Assembly (NCBI GenBank): GCA_943704425.1
Contig: CALSCP010001907.1
Location: forward strand, 1-39,746
Reading direction: 5' to 3'
DNA length: 39,746 bases
Source of the DNA: Ministeria vibrans ATCC 50519
Lineage: Eukaryota > Protista > Filasterea
Translations under genes and position numbers: made by a program
Notes under the pieces: model-generated
Database searches by the model: none
Told to the model about the DNA's origin: nothing
The model's input: only the letters and a program-made list of their open reading frames with translations
Shown: positions 1 through 9,914 of the stretch, piece by piece
Layout: the number at the start of each line of letters is the position of its first letter
Position numbering within the stretch: the first letter of the stretch is position 1

Positions 1-3000
1 TCGATGGCCTGACACTCGGGGCCAGTGAATCCTGCGTCGCAAATGCACGCATAGCCGTCAATCATGTCAACACATGTTCCTGCATTCTGACACGGCGCGG
101 AGAGACACTCATCAATCTCTGACTCACACAGAGTGCCGGTGAATGCGGCAGAGCAAGTGCACACAAATGTCGGTGACAAAATGTCGGTGTAGTTGCCTGT
201 GCAAGTACCACCGTTAAGGCAGGGGAACGAGGCGCACGGACCCACAATAGTCTCGCATGTTGCACCAACGTAATCGCTGGTACACTGACAGATGAAATCA
301 GTGGCGGTCAGAGCAAGACAAGAGCCACCATTTTGGCAAGGGTTGGAATCACACGCACTAGGGGCCACATCAGTCTCAGTGGGCGCAACAGCAGCACTGG
401 TAAACACCACATCTGCCGACGTAGGAGCAGCAGCAGCACTGGTAAACACCACATCTGCCGAAGTAGGAGCAGCAGCAGCACTGGTAAACACCACATCTGC
501 CGAAGTAGGAGCAGCAGCAGCACTGGTAAACACCACATCTGCCGAAGTAGGAGCAGCAGCAGCACTGGTAAACACCACATCTGCCGAAGTAGGAGCAGCA
601 GCAGCACTGGTAAATGCAATATCTGCTGAAGTCGGTACAGCAGCAGCACTGGTAAACACCACATCTGCCGAAGTGGGCACAACAGCAGCACTGGTAAATG
701 CGATATCTGCTGAAGTGGCAGCAGCAGCACTGGTGAAAACAACGTCGGCCGAGGTGGGTGCAGCCGCACTAGTAAAGACAACATCGGCTGATGTCTGCGC
801 CGGCGCAGCACTGGTGAACACCACGTCGGCCGAGGTGGGCGCAGCAGCCGCACTAGTGAAAACAACATCGGCCGATGTCGGCACCGGGGCATCAGTGGTG
901 AGAAGCACGTCGGCCGAAGAGACCGCCGCAGTTGAAGTGGGCTCGGGCACAGCCTCGCTGACCGATGTAGTAGCCTGCGCAAAATCGCTGGTCACCGCCG
1001 CTTGTGTTGTAAATGCGACCACGTTAGACACCATTCGACCGGCACGGACGAGAAAACGCAAATCCTGCGTCTGTGTCGTGTCGTCGTCGACAAGGACGTG
1101 CGCAAACTCGTCGCTAGCGTGATACGAGGGGGTGCTCTCGTTGGGCACTTGGTCGCGCCACGACACCGACTCGGCAATCATCTCAATTTGCTCGCCGGCA
1201 ATGGCCGAGCGCAAAAGAATCTCATGCAAATGCGAAGCACTTGTGGCGCTTGTCGCAGCATGGTGCTCGTGAAAGCCCTTGAGCGTGTTGTAGAGCTGAG
1301 ACTCCATGAGAACAGCACCATCTGCAAACACATTGGCAAGCATGCTAGAGCGTGCGTCGGTAGCAATGGGTACTCCGCGCGTGATCATCATGGACGAGTC
1401 CACAGTGTCATAGGCAGCGACCACACAGGACGCCTGAGTGACACGAGCTGCGCGCATCATAGAGCGCACGCAATCGGGTTTCAGCAGCTCAACACCGCTC
1501 AGGAAGAGCAATTTGGTGGCCGGGAAGGCAGCAACGGCCGCACGCGCACCAAGGTTGTTTGCAGCGGCAGCGCTCAAATGTTGAGGCGAGCGGATGAGCG
1601 CACGTGTCTCTGAACGGCTCCACTCAAGTCCGATCGCGTTGACAATGCGACGCGTTACCTTGTCCGTGCTGGCGTTGTCAACAACCACCAGATTAACGCG
1701 TCCAGCAAACGTCTGTTGCTTGAGCGCACCAATGGCCGTCTCGAGGCGCAGCGGGTCATCACGATGCACAATGACAACCGTCACGGTTGCGGACACTTCA
1801 GCGTCGTTGTTGTCCGAGGCAGCAGCGGCCGTCAGCCGGCCGGCAGCCGTCAGTGCCAAGCGAGCATGAAAAGCAGGCCAAGCGACGGCGGCAGAGGAGG
1901 AGGTGGTGGCCGTGTCAAGGGCAGTCTCAGCCTCGAAAACGCGCGCCTGGCTGATTTCGGTGGTGAGAGCGGCCGAGACGCCCCAGGCGGACGCAAAATG
2001 GTCATAGTCGTCGCGATCAGAGATGACGACGGCGTCGGCCAGGTTGTGCACGCGACGAAACGTTTGCTCCTTAATGAGCAACTGAGTAATTTCCGAGCGT
2101 GTGAGCATCTCGAGTTCAACCTGAGGCGCGGGGCGCAGACGCACCGCATAACCAAACACACTGACAGCAATGTGAGGCAGTGGTGGCGCCTGATGCGCGG
2201 GGGCAGCAAGGAGGCCCTGGGCGCGAGCCTGCAGCGTGTAGTAGCCAAGACCCGATGTGAGCTCAAAGTGCACAATGTTGCACTGTCGGTGTACGTGCAT
2301 GGCACGCACCCAGAGGTAGGCGTCGTAGGAGCTTTGCAAACTTGTCGAAGGGAGGTCGAGGCGAACGGGACTGCTGGGGAGCCGCACCAACCGCGTGCCA
2401 GTGACACTGTAGGCATCGACTGCCTTTTGCCAACGGCGATCGTTGACGGCCGCCCCTGCGTACGCCACCGTAACGACCTTGCCTGCGTTCCAAGCGCTCA
2501 AGGCAAGCGTGTGGTACATATTGGCTCCCGCATGATTGGGGTCGAGATCACCAAAGTGCTCCACCACAAGACATACGCCGGCAGGCTGTTCGCTGTCGAC
2601 CATGTAGAGCTGTTTGTGAGCGGCTGTCGCGGCATCAGTGTTGTTCTCACGCTCGTGAGTGTCCCAAAAGTCGCCGTCGCGCACGGTACAATCGGGTGCC
2701 GATTGCCAGCCAAGGTCACAAAGGCAGATGGAGCTTCCAGGCATGGTGGGTACACCGTGCTCATTACAAAGCTGACGGGCGTCGAGACTGTTTGAAAACT
2801 GAAGTGTCGGCGCCGTGCCATCGTCCATCTCGGGAGCACCATGGCGGTGGTGAGTTTCCTGAGAAGCATAACGAAGAAACATTAATTTTAAAAAAATTAT
2901 TATTAAAAATATAAGAAAATAATATTATTATTATAGTCCTCGGTTTGATGTGTTTCAAGACATACCCGCACAGCAAGCCAAGCACACGAGGCCACTGTTC

Positions 3001-3438
3001 CGACAATGAGCAGAGCGATAAACGCAATATGACCGAGAGAGTAGATCGATGGAGTGCTCTCGCCATCCTACACAAGACATGTCGAGAAGAAGAAGACGAA
3101 TCAGGAGGAGCTCTCATGCGACAGCAGAGCAATGGAAAACACGCAAAAAAACATCAACACGCCGTCGTTGTTGGAGGGATGGGATTGTTGACAATTCAGC
3201 GGCTGCTGCAACGCAGCGCACTGAGGAACAAGCCGTCCATTGATTCCAATTCAAAAGATTTGGGTTTGACACAGCTTTTTTTTTTTTTTTTTTTTTGGTT
3301 AAATTCGTTCCATCAGCGCCACTCAAACAAACACGCCGACAGTAGCGAGGCAAGGAGGGTGACAGGAATGATTAAAGGCCGAGGGGATACTGGTAGCAAG
3401 CGAGCGAGCAAACGAGGGAGAGAGAGAGAGAAGGAGAT

Positions 3439-3472
<34 letters not shown>

Positions 3473-3964
3473 TCGCAACGGTCGAGAGTGCTTGAATGTT
3501 GAAAAAAAACAAAAACAAAAAAGAGGGGGCAGCAGATGGAGAATCGTGTATAGGGAGGGTTGTAAGAGAGTGGTATGGGGGCTGGGGCGAGAGCATTTGC
3601 AGCTGCGGCAACGTTGAAAGGGAAACGCGTGAATCATTGAAAATGTTGCGAGCGCTCTGCAGAATATTTGAAAAAAAAAAAACGGATAGAGAAAAAAAAA
3701 AGGGGCGGTTGCAAAGAGGCAGGGAGTTTGGTTAGGGGATGTGAAAGGGGGTGGGGAATGGGGATGTGCGGCGGCAAGGGCACGGAGAGTGGCGGGGGCG
3801 GCGAGAGCACTGCATGCTGTGCTTAAGCTGTTGGGGAAAAAAGACACCCTCCTGCAGGACACGGCGGCGCGCAGGGGCCCGTGCACGCTCCACCTGGTGC
3901 GATTACTGGCCCCGCATGAGGTTTCGTGACGGCGTACCTTTTTTAGATATTTTTCCTGAGCCAT
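1..3964 (-). CDS. Type II membrane protein: TM anchor, EGF, degenerate GT4-N-like and GT2-like domains, Thr/Ser/Ala-rich repeat, then Notch-like EGF repeats (3' end beyond window)
   Basis: Hand-spliced exons 3964-3938 (MAQEKYLKK|gtacgc), 3067-2966 (DGESTPSIYSLGHIAFIALLIVGTVASCAWLAVR|gtatgt) and 2858-1, all phase 0. The last exon is open to the window edge, which is probably why it is absent from the ORF track. It contains EGF CNEHG..CLCDLGWQSAPDC, GT4-like VCLVVEHFG..SYDAYLW..IVHFELTSGLGYY, GT2-like VTVVIVHRD..LKQQTF..VVVDNAST, and EGFs CDSNPCQNGGSC, CASFPCLNGGTC and EIDECLSAPCQNAGTCVDMIDGYACICDAGFTGPEC. Confidence 0.85.
380..900 (-). repeat. Coding tandem repeat, about 12 copies of a 39-42 bp unit encoding PTSADVVFTSAAAA (mucin-like stalk)
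   Basis: The unit gcagcagcactggtaaacaccacatctgccgaagtagga recurs on the + strand. The central copies are nearly identical and the copies toward 900 are more diverged. Confidence 0.95.
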
Positions 3965-4096
3965 CGTGAAGCGAAGCTCAGCCTGGATGTCTCGCCAACG
4001 GTTCACTGAGCGCAGTGCCAATGGAAAGAACAAAGTCCTGAACTGAAAAGGCGGCGTGGTTTGTGGTGGGCGAGAGATATTGAAGGGAGAGAGAGA

Positions 4097-4161
<65 letters not shown>

Positions 4162-4917
4162 TGAGCGTTTGTACATTTCGAACCGTCACGCGAATTGTTT
4201 CGTCTTACCTTGAGTCTTGAACGACAGACAAAAGAACCACACGAGGGAGGGAGGACCTAGCACAGGGCGGAGTTTTAAAAATAAAAAAAAAGTGTTCTGA
4301 CTTGTGTGATCTTGCAGTTTGCCGTTTGAACTTTATTTGTGTCGGAACGGAGTCCGTTCGGTATATCGGAGTTGCGATTCGCTTTATTTTTAATCTGTGT
4401 GTATTTTATTGTGATGCGGTGAAGACCGAATCGTGTCATTGATGTGGATATTGTAGCAATGGAACTCTCGCGTCGCGTGTACGCGAGGGAGGGTAAATTG
4501 TCAAACGATGACGATTATACTTTGTTGACGACTCATAAATATTTATTAATACATGACCAAAGTAAATAATATGAGTGCTCCATCTTTTTGAGGCTAACCT
4601 ATGGGGAAGTAGTATTACTCTCCATTGTATTATTTTTCATCTCCTTCAGTAAACTTTTCACTTCATTTATTTTTAATACTAATAATAGTAATAAAATATT
4701 ATAACCTTTCTGATAGCATCACCCACTGTAGTGCGGCAGTGATGTACTGATGTTACTTGTTTCTTCAACCATGGTGGCGTCATGCGGTAATTAATTTCCA
4801 AAATGATTTGTATATTTTCGTATTTGTTCGTCATGTTGGTGAGGATTCATGAGACACTGGCGCACAAATTTACAAGGAGGCACATACGTGTACGATGATA
4901 GAAGTTACAAGTGGGTA

Positions 4918-5410
4918 TTAATGGTGGTGACCATGACGGTGAGATGAGTGAGAGTGTGAGCGCATGAAGCTCTCTTGCTTGGCGCGAAGGGCGGTCTCAT
5001 CAAGCTGTACAGTGAGTAATATACTTATTAGCAAAGTAAGGAAGAATAGGTTGCCCTTACCTCTTTCTTGTGATCTTCTTTTTGCTTCTTGAGACGACAC
5101 TTGAGCTCGCGCACCTCGGCATTTCGCAGAGCGAGCGTCTCTTGAACTGTAGCAAGGGAGGCATTGACACGTTGAAGCTCCATCTCAAGGTCTTCGGAAC
5201 GAGACGTTTGCGTGTGAGCAGCTCGCTTCAGTGCTTCATAACTAAAACAGTGAGTGAGTGAGAGTGAGTAAGAGAGAGTGAGTAAGAGAGTGAGTAAGAG
5301 AGAAAGAGAGTGAGTAAGAGAGAGTGAGTGAGTGAGTAAGAGAGAGTGAGTAAGAGAGTGAGTAAGAGAGAGAGAGTGAGTAAGAGAGAGTGAGTAAGAG
5401 AGAAACAAAG

Positions 5411-5449
<39 letters not shown>

Positions 5450-5991
5450 GCAAAGGAGATGATCGAAATGTGTTTAGCATGTGTGCGTAGCGTGAAAGCG
5501 TGGGGTGGGTAGGATTAATGTGGATATGTAGAATATGTTATATGTACTCTGTTTGAAACTGCTGTCTGTCTTGACGAGATCGCTCACTCAGACGATCGAT
5601 TTCATGCAGCGCCAATCGTAGTTTCTCCGTAACGTTTAGTAAGCGCTTTGAGGTAGCGGAATGATCTTTCTTTTCGCGCTACAGCACAGGAGGGAGAGAG
5701 AGAGAGGGAGGGAGAGAGAGTGTGAGTAGTGTTAGCAATTGTTATTACATGTTTGTGCACAAAAACACTCTGAACGAACGAACACCGAACCTCCAGTTCT
5801 GCAACGATGACGGACGACGGAGCACTTTTTTGAGCCTACACAAAAAGCGGTGGTTCAAATAAGAAAGCACGAGTGTTGTAGAGAAAGACGGAAGAAGTGA
5901 TTACATTGCGATCAAACTCAACGCGAAGGAGCGAATTGAGTTTGGCCAGAACAGCGCACTCTTCGCTTGAGGCAAGAGCTCCTTCGCACAT
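4918..5991 (-). CDS. SPATA24: SPATA24-like coiled-coil protein (about 5 exons; start codon uncertain)
   Basis: Spliced product ..VAELE|REKKDHSATSKRLLNVTEKLRLALHEIDRLSERSRQDRQQFQTD|YEALKRAAHTQTSRSEDLEMELQRVNASLATVQETLALRNAEVRELKCRLKKQKEDHKKE|LDETALRAKQESFMRSHSHSSHRHGHHH*. It aligns without gaps to my recollection of SPATA24 (EK..H..T...L....EKL..AL.E; QQESYM). Confidence 0.65.
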
Positions 5992-6138
5992 TATCTCTGC
6001 TGATGGTTGGTAATGGTAGCTGGTGCTTGGAGAAGCAAGGTGGCTATCCTTCAACAAAGTTGTGCCTACAAAAGAAAGTTGTGTTGATTTATTCAAAATT
6101 CAAATTCATCTCAAATTTTCCAATTCATTTTTTGTGAA

Positions 6139-8767
6139 ATGGTCCTCGCCGAGCGCTCCTCAACGTGGGTCGTTGGGTTTGTAGTGCCGGCGGCCATCTG
6201 GCTGATCATCATTGCGTATTGGATCGGGACAAGTCAGCCTAAGCTCGATGGACCTGCCAACAGCGCTACTCCGTCAGAAGCGGCCATTCTCGACGCTCCA
6301 CGCAAGGCTGCCGATGCCACAGCGTCACCTAAACCGCGTAGTGTCGAGCACACCGCTGCTGCGTCGAGTACGTTGTGTGTCTTGTTAAGTTTTCGCATTC
6401 ATCGTCCTCACCACTCCCGTGCGATGGGCCCGCTGGCCTTGTGCCTTGTCGCATTCGATCGTTTTCTTGCCGATCTCTGGGTTCACTCGGTGCGCATGCA
6501 CTTTTCAGCTCATATGGACTGTGTCGGAAGGACAATCTGTTTTTTTTTTTTTTTTCTTCTCTCTCTCCTTTTCCTTTTCTCTTCAGCAACGGCATAAAAT
6601 CGCATTCTCGCATGTGTGTAGGGAATCGTGGGGACAGCGTCACGTCGGTGAACATGGAGGAGGCTGCTGTGGCTCTGGCGGCCAAGAACCGCTGTACAGT
6701 GGACGAATTTCCAGAGGTGTATGCGACTCTGCGCGCCAACTCAAACATGGCCTTCTCTGAACAGTACCGATTCCCTATTAATATCAGCTTTTATTATATT
6801 ATTATTATAATTATAATATTTTATAATAATATTATTATCATCTCTCTTATTTGACATGCTGTGTATCTTATATTTTCTTTGTTGTAATCAAAGGTACCGA
6901 CAGTTGTCGAGTGCGGCGGAAGACTTTGATGCGATTGAGAGCAGTCGATCGTCGAACCGCGCGAAGAACCGCTACAACAACATTTTGCCCTACGACCACT
7001 CGCGTGTCGTGTTGGAAGTGGACGAAGACGTAAGAGATCAGAAAGGAGCGATATAGATGTCTCTTAGTAATGACACGGTTATTTTTATTATTATCACAAT
7101 CATTTTGAAGGAAATTGATGAGGACGTCACCGACTACATCAATGCGAATTTCATTGCTGGATTGCGGCAAGAACGAATGTATATTGCAACACAAGGGCCG
7201 ACGCCGCGGACGTTTCCGGACTTTTGGCGGATGATCTGGCAGTACGAGTGTCCTGTCGTGATTATGGTGACAAATCTTGTGGAGCGGGGCACGACCAAGT
7301 GTCATCAGTATTGGCCCAAAGGTGTGGGTGACTCGGCGGACCACGGGCCGCTGCGTGTAATGCTGTCGGGCGAGGAGGAGGCCAAGATGGGACTGGTGCA
7401 TCGCACGCTGTTGTTGACCAACATGGAGACGTCGCAGACTCGCGTTGTCCACCAACTACAGCTTGTTGGCTGGCCCGACCATGGCGTGCCTCGCTCGCCC
7501 GAGCTCCTTCTCAACATGATCCAACATGCGCACCAGCTGCGTGGCACATCGAAATCGCCCGTGGTCGTTCACTGTAGCGCGGGTGTGGGTCGCTCGGGGA
7601 CGTACATTGCGACGGACATTAACCTGCAGCGAATGCAAGAGACGCAGACGGTGGCTGTGTTCGACACGGTTGTTGAAATGCGCAAGGCTCGCATGTACAT
7701 GGTGCAGACCGAGGACCAGTACGTGCACATTCATGCGGTGCTGCTTGAGGCGCTTCGACAGGGCGCCACCAGTCTCTGCGACGTGTCCAAGTTTTCGGCG
7801 CACGTTGCCAAGCAGAGCAAGCTCGATCGACGCGGCTTTCGCAAAGAGTTTATGCTCCTCGCGCGCGACACGGGTGCCGTCGATTTTTACTCGTCGCAGC
7901 TGTCGATCAACTCGCGCAAAAATCGCTATGCGAATCAGTTGGCGCTCGAGCGATCGCGTGTTGTCTTGCGCGAGCTCAACAAGAAAAAGGTGCAGAAGTT
8001 GAGCGAGATGAGCGACGAAGCACGGGGCGAGCAGGCGAACAGAAGAAGGTTGATGGGCCAGGACTACATCAATGCCAACTACGTCGACGGCTGTGAACGA
8101 CGCCACCACTACATTGCGACGCAATGTCCGCTGCCCAACCGCACTGTCGAGGCCTTCTGGACCATGGTATGGCAGGAGAACTCGCAGGTGATTGTGGCGC
8201 TCATGGGTGACGAACTCAATGGGTACCTACCGCTCGTGGTGGGCGGTGAGCCACTGCATGTGGGCATGTTCACCATTACGCCTGTCGACGAGACACCTAT
8301 TTCCGACGCAGATTGTGTGCGTCGCACTATCACTGTTACACTGACTCAGCCGAGCGAGGACGACGAAGGGTCCGAGCCGACGACTGCGACAGCGACGACT
8401 GCAGAGAGCGAACAGCGCACCCTTGTCCACTACGAGTACCGTGGCTGGCCCGTCCAGGTGAGCATTCCGTCCGACGTCGTCTCTTTTGTGGCCCTTGCTC
8501 GACTTGTACAACCCCACGATGGTCCCAACGTGAGCGTAGGTCCTCTCATCGTCCATTGCAGGTAACGGTTCATTATTTTGAGTGCAGATTAATGTACATA
8601 ATTTTTGCATCGCGTGTATCTTTGTTTGCCAGTGGCGGTTCTGGTCGGACTGGAGTCTTTCTGGGACTTCTGTTTGAGTCGCATCGCGAGAGACTGCACA
8701 AAACATTCGATGTGTTCCGAACAACCCGGTAAGTGAAAAAACGCATGAGAAGCAACAATGAACGACC

Positions 8768-8817
<50 letters not shown>

Positions 8818-9399
8818 AAATGTTTGGTTTTTCATTGCTAGTGCGGTGCGTGCTCAGCGAGCCAATGCCATCATGGATGTGGAGCAGTACACGTACCTGC
8901 ACAAGGCATTGTTGTACTACGTTACAGGAGCAGTGCCTACCTCACCCAACCCCAACAACAACAACGCAAAGAACTTTGGAGCCTCCTACAGAGGCGCTGC
9001 CGGCTCGGTCTTTCTCACGTACAACAAACATTGACACAAGATTCATTTTCATTTCAACGGCCGGTTTTTTTTTTCAATAGAGCTTCAACATCATCGAGTG
9101 TGGCAGGGGTCTCGGGAAGTCAACCGGCACTGTCACGCGATCCAAGTACGGCCACAAGCACAAGCGAGCCCCACCTGCTCTCTCCCACCTACACTTCCAC
9201 CGCTCCTACTACTCCTACTGGTGCGACTTACTCCGTCGTTCGTGGCCCCAGTCTTGCCGACACCTCTGTCTTTGAGGATGATCCTCCTGGTCCCGTCTCT
9301 CTTCAACTCCCTCCCGACTCTTTGGTCGTAAGTTTTCTTGCAAGCAATTAAACGTTCTGATTGTATCTAATAATATTATTTTTTTGTTTTTTTTAGTGA
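6139..9399 (+). CDS. Membrane-anchored protein tyrosine phosphatase with tandem D1/D2 domains (receptor-type PTP)
   Basis: N-terminal TM WVVGFVVPAAIWLIIIAYWIG. D1 has KNRYNNILPYDHSRV, DYINANFI, YIATQGP, WPDHGVP, VHCSAGVGRSG and MVQTEDQY. D2 has KNRYAN, DYINANYV, WPV, VHC|SGGSGRTG and DVEQY. About 8 exons; a predicted final exon supplies the TGA at 9397-9399. Confidence 0.93.
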
Positions 9400-9667
9400 T
9401 CTCTTAAAAAGTGAAACACTCTACGCCTTTTTTATTTCAAGTTTGTTCTTGAAGGGGGGTCTTCTTTTTTTTTAGTCCTTTCTTTGCCGTTGTTTCGTTC
9501 CCTTACTGCTACCTTTCTCTCTCAGTTGCATTATTATCTCGCATCAAAATGTGTCGTTCTCTTTTCACGCGCCGTCTTGCGCGCCTCAAGTTTATGTTGG
9601 CGCCCTTTGTCATACTTTGCAGGCCTGTCTGTGACGAACAGATACGTTCGAGTAAACGAGCCACCAC

Positions 9668-9688
9668 CATTATTATTATTATTATATT

Positions 9689-9776
<88 letters not shown>
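9668..9776. repeat. (ATT)n microsatellite
   Basis: About 35 ATT/TTA units in the convergent intergenic region. Confidence 0.95.
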
Positions 9777-9914
9777 GTATTTTGGAAATGTATCCGACTT
9801 CTTCTTCAAATGAATTATCCATCGTAATTCTTTTGTTACACCGAATACAACAACTCTTTGAATGTTTCGCACATGCTAGACAGAGCGCATGTATTTCGTG
9901 AGTGCTCTTCGAAC

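Noticed and set aside
380-900. Regular 42-bp repeats that might suggest a CRISPR array
   Set aside because: There are no unique spacers, the repeat is in-frame coding sequence, the context is eukaryotic and there are no cas genes.
292-1122. 276-aa plus-strand ORF with TTSAEVGAAAALVN repeats
   Set aside because: It is the antisense shadow of the coding repeat; the minus frame carries the recognisable GT and EGF domains.
1716-2795. 359-aa plus-strand ORF and other long overlapping ORFs across the window
   Set aside because: These are antisense or alternative frames of GC-rich coding exons, or microsatellite read-throughs (poly-ER, SL, HT, CV), with no motifs.
4345-4359. Inverted repeat GAACGGA-G-TCCGTTC upstream of the GT-EGF gene
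   Set aside because: It is a single short occurrence with no supporting context and could arise by chance.
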